Source of the DNA: Histomonas meleagridis 2922-C6/04-290x
Lineage: Eukaryota; Protista; Parabasalia
Assembly: GCA_020184695.1 (NCBI GenBank)
Contig: JAANOX010000042.1
Span: forward strand, 248,001-312,000
Reading direction: 5' to 3'
DNA length: 64,000 nucleotides
A program made the position numbers and the translations under genes. Of the stretch, positions 51,434 to 62,700 are shown one piece after another (within the stretch, counting starts at the first letter, position 1; the number at the start of each line of letters is the position of its first letter). The notes below the pieces were generated by a model, which was not told the DNA's origin, ran no database searches, and saw only the letters and a program-made list of their open reading frames with translations.

Positions 51434-52690
51434 ATCCATAGTATTAATATTAATTTCTTTTAGTTCAAAAACATATTTCACAAGTTCAATATTTCCTGAT
51501 TCCGAAGAGAAAATAAAAATATCTTTTGGGGTTTGATTATTTTGAAGGAAATATTTAACAAGATATAAATTTCCGACTTTTGCTGCTTCATCAATAATAC
51601 TATCATTTATTTTCAGCCCTACTCCTTGTAAAAATGAAAAAATTTCATAGTTTCCTGTTTTTATACATAAACATCCCAAGTCATTGATATTGACTGGATA
51701 AGAATGTTCTTTTGATGAAAATTTACGTATTAAATATTGAGCATTTTCATATATTTGTTCTAATTTATGTTCATAAACATACTTAAAGATATCATTTTGA
51801 TGGAATTGGATTGCTGTTTCATATGCACCTGCAAATGATGAATGATTTTGTTCACATAAATGAATAATTTCTTCATTTCCACTTGCAATTGCATATTTAC
51901 CTGTGTTATCTACTTCTGCTCCATTCATAAGCAAATATTTAAAACATTTAACTGAAGAAAAAAATGCTGCATAATCAATTAACGTAACATTTTTATGATT
52001 AATAAATGAATATCTTTCATAAAGTGATTTTGGAATTGTTTGATTAAAATCAAAATCATTTTGAGATGATATTTCTTGAAGTTTTTCTATTTCATCATTT
52101 CGAATTACTTTTGCAATTTCATTTGGATTAACTCCTTTTTTAATTAATTGCTTATGAAGTTCAAAATCATTCTTTGATAGTTCTTCATAAGTAAAAAATG
52201 CTTTATTAGGTGAACTAAAAAATAAAGCATTAATATCAGGGTTTACTTTATAATGCATAAAATAAAATGATCGAATATTTTTTGTAATATTAGAATCAAT
52301 CAAATTTCGTCTAATCATTTCCTCAAGTAAATAATATGATTATTGAGAACCTATTTTACTTATATGATTACTAAAAATTTTTGTTATATTTGTAACATTT
52401 TTTTGAATTTCTTTTTCTTTTATTTGTATTGTTTCCAAATAATTTTAATATATATTAAGTTCGTTATTAGAATAAAATGCAAAATAAACCAAATTACTAA
52501 TAATTTTATTATATGAATATGGGAAATCTAAATCGAATAATTTCATTGTTTGATCAATTGTTAATTCAAAGTTATCTTGAGTTAAATTAAAAATGATTTG
52601 TTCAAGTTTAAATAATAATTCCATGATTGTAGGTTTCGATTTAATATCATTATTTTCGAAGGTTTCGCTAATCTTGGAATGAGATTGCAT
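51359..52690 (-). CDS. DUF3447/ankyrin protein, copy 3, with two in-frame TAA in its N-terminal region
   Basis: ORFs 52445-52690 and 51359-52318 are in the same frame, separated by TAA at 52445-47 and 52340-42. The intervening text aligns with copy 2 (YLETIQIKEKEI vs YLEDIELKEKEI). Confidence 0.75.
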
Positions 52691-53755
52691 TTGAAATTTT
52701 TTTTGGTGATTCTTGAAATTTTAAGGATTTTTGCATGACTTTTAATTGAAATTTTGGGGTTGCGAGACCTCATAGAAAATATTGAATGAAAAAGGTTTAT
52801 TTTCACAAAATGTTGCAATTTCCACAAAAAAGTTGTTGTAAAATCGCCAAAAAGCATGCTTTTCTCATAATATATAATAATATAATATATTTTCATCTTT
52901 TTCATGAAAAATTTTACTCTCCCATTGGAGCTTGAAAAGTAAAAATATTAAAATATTATCGCGGCAGTTTGAAAATGATAAAAACCTTAAATTTAAAGTT
53001 AATTTTTTTCAAAATGCATTTTGGATTTATTTCAAATTTATATTTATAATGTTGCTTATAAACAACATCCATGAGCATTGGACAAAACAAATTGGATTCA
53101 AGAATGGAAATCGTAAAGATTAGGATATATATACTTCAGATAATTATCGAATAGTTTAACGTCAGTGTCAGTTTACCAAAGTATTGTTACTGTTGATGGA
53201 GAAAAAAAAAAAAATTTTATAAACAAATTAACTTATGGAACAAATTTGTTCCCTCTTTTCTTTTTTTCTTCCCGTTTTATGATTATTTGGGCAAATTCTT
53301 CAAATGGTTTTTCGACATTAATTCCCAAAAGTACAGAAGTTTCAAAAAATGGAGCACTTAGCGAGCTAATCTTTTACTGTCGGATACAACCTATACTAAC
53401 ATGTTATCCGTTTAACTACTGTCTATATGAACATGTTATAACGATCGTCAAGCGCTATTTTTCATTCAGCTCATATTTTCATACTATATACACTAAGAAT
53501 AGCCAAACGTAAGTTCATAATATATTATCTTCGCTCAAAAAGTATTTCCGCATAATGCTAAATTGTTCAAATTAGGGGAACATATTATGTTCAGCAAATT
53601 TATCAATATATGAGTTTTCATTTTTGTATTTTTATCTATAATTATAAAAACAGTCTCAAAAAAAAAAAAAAAAATGTAATCTACACTCAAACCTATTTTA
53701 TTATGTGATAATCATTTTAATTTAACAAAAACTTTGGGAAATTCCAAATGGAATT

Positions 53756-56700
53756 TTATCCAAAGTCCTCAATAACTGAAGAAGTCAGCAACAAATGTTC
53801 ATTCATTTGCATACTCAACAACTTATTTTCCCTATAGTTCATATAAACTACAACAGATATTACTATGATAATTATTACTAAAACCACTCCACCCACAGAT
53901 AATCCGATAGTTAATCCATATTTATCTTGTTTTGTATCACTTGTAAACTTACAAACATCAAAATAATTATCAGGCTCCAAAGTCAATATACCATTCCATT
54001 CATTTATACCATCGACGACATAATTTTCATAATTTTTTCTGTAAGGCAAACATAAAACAATATCATAAACAACGTGACCATTTTTATATATTTTCTTTTT
54101 TCCTGTAAAATCGAAAATATTCGGATTAAAATGTGGAGGACTTTCAGGGAAAGAAATTATATATAACGAACTACAATTTTCGAATATTAATGAATTATCA
54201 TTTTGTACATTATATAGAATTGGAAAATATATTAAATTTAAAGAATAACAATTCGAAAAACATTTGTCTCCATCAATTGTATATAAACGTGGTAATAATA
54301 CAGTTGTAAGTGAACTACAATTTTCAAATGAACTAGTACAAATTTTATTCGTTTGATTAAAGTTAATTATTTCTATCGATTTACAATTCGTAAATGAAAA
54401 TTTTTCAATTGTTGTAACATTTTGAAGTTGAACATGTTTAAGTTGAAGACAATTATAAAATGTATATGATTGAATAGTTAAAAGTTTTGGAAAATTAATT
54501 GATAAAAGTTTCGTACAATTTATAAATGCTGAATTTCCTAACGTTATTATGTTTAATGATATGTTTATAAGTGAAATACAATTTTCAAATGAATTGTCAT
54601 TAATTGTTTGAACATTTGATAAATTTATTGTTGTTAAAGAATAACAATTTAAAAATGAATATTTACCAATAGAAATTACATTACCAAATGAAATATTTTG
54701 TAATGAAATACAATTTTTAAATGAAGAATTTCCAACTTCTGTAACTTTCGGTAATGAAATTGTTTTTATTGATTTACAATTTTCGAATATTGAATCACTA
54801 ATTACTTTAATATTTTCTATTTCAACATTAACAAGTGAAACACAATCTTTAAATGAATAATCTCCAATTGTTTGTAAATTTGACATTTGAATTGTTTCTA
54901 ATTTATAACAATTTTCAAATGACATTTTTCCAATTGTTTGTACATTCAAATTATTAAATGTTATTAATGATGAACAATCTTTAAATGAACAATCACCAAT
55001 TGTTTTAATATTAGGTAAAAAGATCGAATTTAATGAAACACATTTTTCGAATGATGAAGTACCAATTGTTATAATATTATCAAGTTTTACATCTATCAAT
55101 GATTGACAATCATAAAATAAATTATCATCAACAAATTCAAGCATTGGTAAATTAACATATTTTAATGATGAACAATTAATTAAAACAGCGTTTCCTATTT
55201 TCTTTAATGAAGAACAAGAAAATTGTTCAAGTGAATAACAATTAGAAAATGCATTTTTTTCTATTTCAATAATATTTTCTAAATTTATTGATTGAATTAA
55301 TCTACAATTTCGAAATGCGCCTTCTCTAATAATTTGTAAATTAGATAAATAAACGGTTACTATATTTGAACATTCAGAAAATGCATAAGGACCAATTTCT
55401 ATCAAAAGATGGAAGTAAATCGCTTTGATTGAATTACATGAATAAAAAGAATATTCATCAATATATAATAGGTTTGGCAATGATAATGAATTGAGTTCAT
55501 CACAATAAGCAAAACATCTTTTTGATACATTTTGGACATTATTTAAAAATATGGAAGTAAGTGATGAATTCATAAAGCATTCGATGCCAAGTTTTGTTAC
55601 ATTAGGAAAATCGAATGTGAAATTATAATTTCGTAAATCAGCAAAACATCGATAACCAAATTCGATTAAATTCGGTGCTTTTAATGTTTTCAAACTTGAA
55701 TCTTTAAATACTTCATCTCCAAGGATTTCTAAATTTTCAAATTCAATATCAATAATTGAAGTACAACCTTCGAATGCATAATTTGAACATATTCTTAATG
55801 ATGTTAAAGAAATACTTTTAAGTGATTTACAATTCTGAAATGAATTAATACCAATATAAGTTACATTAGGGAAATTAATGGATATTAAATTATTACTATT
55901 ACAAAAACAATAATCACCAATTTCTTTAACACTTTTAAAATATAAAGTACCATTAAAAACACTATTTAAAAAACAAGAGTTTCCAAATTTAATACATTTG
56001 TTAATATTAATAGAATTGATATTCTTATTCGAAAATAAATAATCAGATGCAACTTCTAAATTAGGCATATTAAAAATATTTATATTATTATTTCCTTGGA
56101 ATGAAAATTTACTACAATTTATAAGATTCGGTGCATTAAATGTTGTTAATTGTACACATCCATCAAAACAATAATCACCAATTTCTTTGACTTTAGGTAA
56201 TTCAAGATTAGTTAAAACAACAACATTTTGAAATGCTTTGTTTCCAATTTTTTCGACATTTTGTAATTTCATAGTTTTAACATTATAACAATTATAAAAT
56301 GAAGATTCTGATATAATTTCTACTGTCGATAATTCGATAGATTTTAATCCATCGCATTTTGAAAATGATGAAATACCAATAAATTTAAGAGAAGGCAAAT
56401 TTAAACTATCTAATGAATAACAATCAGAAAAACATAATTTGGAACTATTCTCAAGAGATAAAAATGAAATACTTTTCAAATTAATACATTGTGAGAAACA
56501 TTCTTCACCTATAGATGTTACATTTGGACATAAAACTGTTTGTAAGTTAGGACATAATGAAAAAGCTTTTGCACCAATTTCTATTAAATTATCACCAACT
56601 TCCAATTTCGATAAATTTGTGGAATAAAATGCGGAATCTTGAATTATATTAACTGATTTAGGAATGTTAATATTACTTAACTTATTACAACTACTAAATG

Positions 56701-59629
56701 TTGAACTTTGTATTATTTTTATATTTTCGCTAATTATTACATTTTCTAATTTATTACATGATAAAAAGGCTGAACTTCCTAATGATGCAACTGAATTTGG
56801 TATTGTAATATTTCTTAATGAATTACATGATTGAAATGCGAAAGATTCAATTTCAATTATATTTTCATTAAAAACAGTTTTTTCTAAATTTTGACATCCT
56901 TGAAATACACTTTCTTGAATCGAAGTAACTTTATTTGGAATTGTTATATTCTTTAAATGCAAACAACTTTGAAATGAACCCCTACCAATGTTTTTGACGT
57001 TTTCTCCAAATGTAATAGTTTCTAAATTAGAACAACTATAAAATGCATAACTTTCTATTGAATAAACAGAATTTGGAATTGTTATATTTCTTAAGTTTGT
57101 ACAACTGGAAAATAATTTTTTCCTAATTGTTAATAAGTTTTCATTTAATGTAATTGATTCTAATGATTCACATTTTTGAAATGTTGATTCACCAATTGTT
57201 AAAACTAAATTTGGAATTATTATATTTATTAATCCACAATTTTGAAATACATTATTTTTAATTGAGATTAAATTCTTTCCTAATGTAATGTTTTTTAATG
57301 ATGAACATGAATCAAATGCATTATTTTTAATTGTAGTAATCGAATCAGGTAATATTATATTTGATAAATATTTACAATTTTTAAATGCGCTATTTCCAAT
57401 TTCAATCAAACCTTTTGGAAATGTAATATATTTTAAAGAATTACAATTAGAAAAACAAGAGCCAGGAATTACTTTTATATTATCACCAATTATTACTGAT
57501 TCCAAATAATAATTTTGTTCAAATGTATATGTTCCTAATGAAATTACAGAATTAGGAATTATCACCTTATTAAAAATACAAGAAGAAAATGCATATTCAC
57601 CAATTGTCTCTACATTTTCTCCAATTTCAACTTCATTTAAATAATAACACATATAAAAAGCATATTTACCAATTGATTTAACTGAATTTGGAATGATAAT
57701 ACTTCTTATATGAGCAGAATAGAACGAATATATACCAATTGTTTCAAGTTGTTCACCAAAAGAAATTGTCTTTAATGCTTCACACGAACAAAATGCATAT
57801 TCATCAATTAATATAACTGAATTTAATTTTGTTATATTTGTTAATGAATAACAACAATAAAATGAATATTTACCAATTGTTTTTAATGAATTAGGAACAA
57901 TGATATTCTTTAAATATTTTGAATTAGAAAATGAATAATCATTAATTTTAACAACTGTGTTTGGAATTTCAAATGTTTCAATGTTATTTTGTGTTGGATA
58001 ATATAACAAATTTGTAAAATTCTTATTATAAAGTACTTTATCATTATTATAATTCGAATAAAATGAATTTTCTGCAGATACATCATACATTTGAATAGAT
58101 ATACATTTTGCAAATGCATTATCACCAATATATTTTACTGATTCAGAAATTATTACTTTTGTTAATAATGTACATCCTTCAAAAGCATTTTTACCAATAG
58201 TTTCAACTGAATTAGGAATTGTAATATTTAATAATGAAGTACATCCATAAAAAGCATAATTTCCAATTGTTTCAACTAAATTTGATATTTTAATATTTGT
58301 TAAGATAGTACAACTATAAAAAGCATAATTATCAATTATTGTAATTGTGTTTGGAATTTCAAATGTTTGATCTGAATAAGAAATTGGAAATGATAATAAA
58401 CGTTTAATGTTTTTATCATAAAGAACATCATCATTTTGATAATTAGCAAAATTTTGATTATTTTCATTCACTTTAATTGATTTAAGTGATTTACATAAGA
58501 TAAATATATTATAACCAATGATTTCGACTGATTTTGGAATTGTTATACTTCGTAATGAAGTACAATCACTAAATACATATTCTCCAATAATTTTTACGTT
58601 TTCACCAATTATAACATTTTGTAATTGAATACAATTTGTAAATGTATAATTACCAATTTCATTAACAGAATTAGGAATTATAATTTCAGTTAATCCTGAA
58701 CAAACTCCAAATGCTTCGTCTCCAATAACTTCTAATGTTGTACCTTCTTCAAATTCAATTGTTTCTATCCTTTGACATGATTGAAATGCTCCTTCTTTAA
58801 TGATTTTAATTGTTTTTGGTATTTTTATATGCGTTAAAGAAGTACATTGAAAAAAAGTATATTTGTTAATTTCAGTTATTTTGTCCCCTAATGTAATTTC
58901 GACGAATGAAACACATTGTCGAAATGCGGATTGATCAATTTTTGTAAGTGAATTTGACATTGAAATGTATTTCAAATAATAACAAAAATAAAATGAATAT
59001 TTTCCAATATATTTAACATTTTCGCTAAGAATAACTTCATTTAACGTTTGACAAGAATAAAATGCATGATCACCAATTGAAACAACATTATTAGGAACAT
59101 AAAATTTTCCATTTGGAAATTCTTTTCCGCTTGGTGAAATAACGATTGTTGTTAGATCTTTGGAATATATTATACCATCATTATCGTAATTTGAATAATA
59201 TGAATTACCTTCATCAACATAAATAGATTTTAAGTATTGACATGATTGAAAGGCAGTATAATTCAGAAAAATTAATGAACTTGGAATTTTAATTGTTGAA
59301 ATAGAACAGCCAGTAAACGCACATCCACCAATTGTTTTGAGTTTTTCACTAAGTGTAACTGTTTGAACAGAAGAACAAAAATTAAAGGCAAAATCACCAA
59401 TCGAAATAATTGAATTTCCAATAGTTATAGATATAATTGATGGCCATAGGCTAAATGCATTGTTGGGAATATTTTGAACTTCTCCATCAATAATAAGATA
59501 GTTTGTTTGCATTTCAAATTCGTTCGTAAAATCTTCATCTTTTTGTATGAACAGAGTTCCATTGGTTTTAAAGAAAGTTGCTTGACATGTGTTATATGAA
59601 TAAAGCAAGAAAACTAACAAAGATATCAT
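53756..59629 (-). CDS. Very large BspA-like (TpLRR) surface protein, 1957 aa
   Basis: Signal peptide MISLLVFLLYS, dozens of IPNSVxxIGxxAFxxCxxL units, TM GLTIGLSVGGVVLVIIIIVISVVVYM and a short tail. Confidence 0.96.
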   Translation of the reverse strand: MISLLVFLLYSYNTCQATFFKTNGTLFIQKDEDFTNEFEMQTNYLIIDGEVQNIPNNAFSLWPSIISITIGNSIISIGDFAFNFCSSVQTVTLSEKLKTIGGCAFTGCSISTIKIPSSLIFLNYTAFQSCQYLKSIYVDEGNSYYSNYDNDGIIYSKDLTTIVISPSGKEFPNGKFYVPNNVVSIGDHAFYSCQTLNEVILSENVKYIGKYSFYFCYYLKYISMSNSLTKIDQSAFRQCVSFVEITLGDKITEINKYTFFQCTSLTHIKIPKTIKIIKEGAFQSCQRIETIEFEEGTTLEVIGDEAFGVCSGLTEIIIPNSVNEIGNYTFTNCIQLQNVIIGENVKIIGEYVFSDCTSLRSITIPKSVEIIGYNIFILCKSLKSIKVNENNQNFANYQNDDVLYDKNIKRLLSFPISYSDQTFEIPNTITIIDNYAFYSCTILTNIKISNLVETIGNYAFYGCTSLLNITIPNSVETIGKNAFEGCTLLTKVIISESVKYIGDNAFAKCISIQMYDVSAENSFYSNYNNDKVLYNKNFTNLLYYPTQNNIETFEIPNTVVKINDYSFSNSKYLKNIIVPNSLKTIGKYSFYCCYSLTNITKLNSVILIDEYAFCSCEALKTISFGEQLETIGIYSFYSAHIRSIIIPNSVKSIGKYAFYMCYYLNEVEIGENVETIGEYAFSSCIFNKVIIPNSVISLGTYTFEQNYYLESVIIGDNIKVIPGSCFSNCNSLKYITFPKGLIEIGNSAFKNCKYLSNIILPDSITTIKNNAFDSCSSLKNITLGKNLISIKNNVFQNCGLINIIIPNLVLTIGESTFQKCESLESITLNENLLTIRKKLFSSCTNLRNITIPNSVYSIESYAFYSCSNLETITFGENVKNIGRGSFQSCLHLKNITIPNKVTSIQESVFQGCQNLEKTVFNENIIEIESFAFQSCNSLRNITIPNSVASLGSSAFLSCNKLENVIISENIKIIQSSTFSSCNKLSNINIPKSVNIIQDSAFYSTNLSKLEVGDNLIEIGAKAFSLCPNLQTVLCPNVTSIGEECFSQCINLKSISFLSLENSSKLCFSDCYSLDSLNLPSLKFIGISSFSKCDGLKSIELSTVEIISESSFYNCYNVKTMKLQNVEKIGNKAFQNVVVLTNLELPKVKEIGDYCFDGCVQLTTFNAPNLINCSKFSFQGNNNINIFNMPNLEVASDYLFSNKNINSININKCIKFGNSCFLNSVFNGTLYFKSVKEIGDYCFCNSNNLISINFPNVTYIGINSFQNCKSLKSISLTSLRICSNYAFEGCTSIIDIEFENLEILGDEVFKDSSLKTLKAPNLIEFGYRCFADLRNYNFTFDFPNVTKLGIECFMNSSLTSIFLNNVQNVSKRCFAYCDELNSLSLPNLLYIDEYSFYSCNSIKAIYFHLLIEIGPYAFSECSNIVTVYLSNLQIIREGAFRNCRLIQSINLENIIEIEKNAFSNCYSLEQFSCSSLKKIGNAVLINCSSLKYVNLPMLEFVDDNLFYDCQSLIDVKLDNIITIGTSSFEKCVSLNSIFLPNIKTIGDCSFKDCSSLITFNNLNVQTIGKMSFENCYKLETIQMSNLQTIGDYSFKDCVSLVNVEIENIKVISDSIFENCKSIKTISLPKVTEVGNSSFKNCISLQNISFGNVISIGKYSFLNCYSLTTINLSNVQTINDNSFENCISLINISLNIITLGNSAFINCTKLLSINFPKLLTIQSYTFYNCLQLKHVQLQNVTTIEKFSFTNCKSIEIINFNQTNKICTSSFENCSSLTTVLLPRLYTIDGDKCFSNCYSLNLIYFPILYNVQNDNSLIFENCSSLYIISFPESPPHFNPNIFDFTGKKKIYKNGHVVYDIVLCLPYRKNYENYVVDGINEWNGILTLEPDNYFDVCKFTSDTKQDKYGLTIGLSVGGVVLVIIIIVISVVVYMNYRENKLLSMQMNEHLLLTSSVIEDFG

Positions 59630-59731
59630 TTTTTTAGGATGTTCAAAATTTTGGAAAAAGTTAATCGATGAACGTTCATAGAAGACGTTAACGTTCTGAA
59701 CGTTAATATAAAAAAAAAAAATTGTTTCTAA

Positions 59732-62700
59732 ATGTTCCGAACTAAAAACTCAATATCCGACCTAATAAAAAACTCACTTAATTCCAACAGTTTAATTATA
59801 TCTTCGGTTGACTTTCATAAACTTAAAGATGAAGATAGAAATCATTATTTAACTGTAAAGTTAGGACAAATTATTGATATTCTTCACAAAAATTCGATAA
59901 CAAAGAAAGAAAGGGAATCGATTACCATTTTTTTCAATATTTTTCAAGAAAATTATCAATTAATTTTACCAAATGAAATTAATAATTCATTAATTTTCTT
60001 ATCTTTATATCCTCATCATTTTACAGATGGAACTTCGCTTTCTGAATCATTTATACCACTTTATGATTTTTGTCTTAAAAAGTTATTTGAAGATAAAAAA
60101 ATAGATCCAGATTTTCTTACATTAATGAAGCAAGCTATGATTCCATTATTTAATTCAGAACAATTTTGTTTATTTCTTATTCGGAAAGGAATATTTTTTA
60201 ATACACTTAGTTCATTAATTTCCAACAATAATCCAACAATTATTAATGAAACGATTTTTTATTTATTTTCTACTGAATGTTTTATTGAAGTTTTATCTAA
60301 ATTAAACGCTCCACAAGTTATATATGACATATATGTCTTTGTCTTTTATTCAGATGTTAAATATCCGCTTACAAACAAAATCGAATTAATTATATTTGTT
60401 ACCACATTAATATATAAATTATCATTAAAAAATGTAGAAACAATTCCATTTTTAGTTTATTATAAATTTCTTGATCAATTAAATCAATTTTTTATAAAAT
60501 CTGAATCACCGATTTATATTCAAGTTTATGATTTATTATTAAAGTCAACATTATTAAGCGATGCATCAAATGAACAAATTATTATTTATTTGAACATAAT
60601 ATATAAAGATAAAAATGAACCTGAAGAAAATGTAAAGAAAACACTTGAATATTTAATAGAGAAGAAAAAAGATCCGCTTTTTAATTCAAATAAATCATTA
60701 TTTAATGTTAAAGATTGGTATTTTTATCGAATCATTGAATCAAAAGATTTATTTAATACATTTTTATTATTTTTAAGTGAATCTGTTAATGATAATTATG
60801 AATCAATTAAATCCGTAACAGAATTAATTATTTTTGATTCGAAACCTTCTAAAAAAAATAATAAAATTCAATATAACGAAATATTTAATTGGTTTATGAA
60901 TTTAGCTGTGTCAAAATATAATGAGTTTTTTGATGGAAATATTTTTGTTCAAGAAATAATCATTCAACAAACCCCAGAAGATTTATCATTTTTATTAAAT
61001 AACTATGTAAATTTTAAGAAATTACTTAAATGTATTATAAATATGCAATATGAATCTGTTGAAACAATTGAGTTTGTTAATTCAATTTATTCAATTATGA
61101 AAATAAATGTTAATTTATTTGAGACATATTTTAAAGAAATTATAATTTTAATGTTTTCAATGAATTTTGTTAAATATTTATTTAATATCTTTGAAGAAGA
61201 ATTAAGTCAAAAGATTATTCAAATATTAAGTGAGAAATATCCAAAAAAGCTTTTAAATTATTTTAAATGTTTAAATTTATTAGATTTAATTCAAAGTAAA
61301 ATCGAAAAATCAACAAAAATTTCTTTAGCAATTTTACCTATAATCAATTTAATAGTATTACAAACAGATGATCATTTTTTTGATGAATGGGTTTTAAAAC
61401 AACCAACAAATTCATCGATCTTTAAATTAAAAGATAATGATATCTCTAAATATGTTATCTTAAACAATTCACAGATATTAATACCATCATTAATTCCATT
61501 ATGTAAAATCACTAAAATTAAATATAAATATGATTTATATTTACTTTCATATTATGCTATGCCAATTTATCGGAAGTTAAACTTTTTACCAAAAGATATA
61601 CCATTTATAGATCAAATATTTTCATATTATTTTCGAGTTGAAGATATTATATATATATTAAAGAAAGATAAAACATTATTAAATTGTTTTGTTAAAGGTA
61701 AAACTTTAGCATTTTCATTTTATGAAATGATACCTAATAAAGAACCACAATGGATCACATTAAAAACAAAAGATTATACATTATTATCATTTAAAATATC
61801 TATACGTAAATTGCCTCGTATTAAAATGCCATTATTTTATATAAATAACTTAGAGTTTTCTATTTTGAATAAAACATTAATTGATGAGAATGAAAAAGTA
61901 TTAACAACAATACAAATATTAAAATGGAACATATTTACATTTCATTTTAATACTTTCAAACAAATTTTAAGTTTTTATTTAAATGAAAATTGTGTTTATA
62001 CAATATCAACTAATCATTTTACATTTAACTCAATCGGATCACCTAAACAATCACCAATTGTCTCTTATTTAATAGCACAATCAATGGTTATCTCTAATTC
62101 ATATGAATATAAAGAATTAGAATTCTCAGAACAAAATGCAGCGGAATATTTCCAATACAATAGTTTCGTTAAATTAATTCCATGTTCAACTTCAATATTT
62201 AATTCCAAAAGTATCATTTCATATTTATTCAAAAAATTTAAAAAATTAAAAGATCAAGAACTCATTAATGAATTTGCATTATTCCTTTGTAAAATTGCTA
62301 CACTTTATCCGATTAATTATTATTATTTCTTTAGATGTTTTCAACAATCTTTAATTATACAAGCAAAAAAATGTAAATTGATTTATTTGTTCTCAATTAT
62401 TCAAGTGATTAATAGTTTGAATGATAATATTCTAAGAAATAATTTATTTTATGAATTATTCCAAAATTTAAAGTTTTGGAGTTCTTTAGAAATCGAAACA
62501 TTAAATGAATTTTTATTATATTTATCAGGTGAATATTCAACGATTTTGGTTAACTCAATTGATTTTAATTATATATCAAACAATTCATTTTTAAAATTTT
62601 ATTTTTATTTGTTGTGTTATTTTAAAAAAGATAATATTTTTATTGATTCATTATTAAAATTCTTAAGAATTATTTGTATGAATGTAAATATAAACCATTT

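Noticed and set aside
24230-52447. Stop-codon reassignment (TAA=Glu, TGA=Trp), suggested by NI*IVK, SQ*SYY and SY*G
   Set aside because: TAA and TGA terminate ordinary genes here, and long AT-rich ORFs (1957 aa, 1122 aa) have no internal stops. Single-base nonsense changes from GAA or TGG explain the cases.
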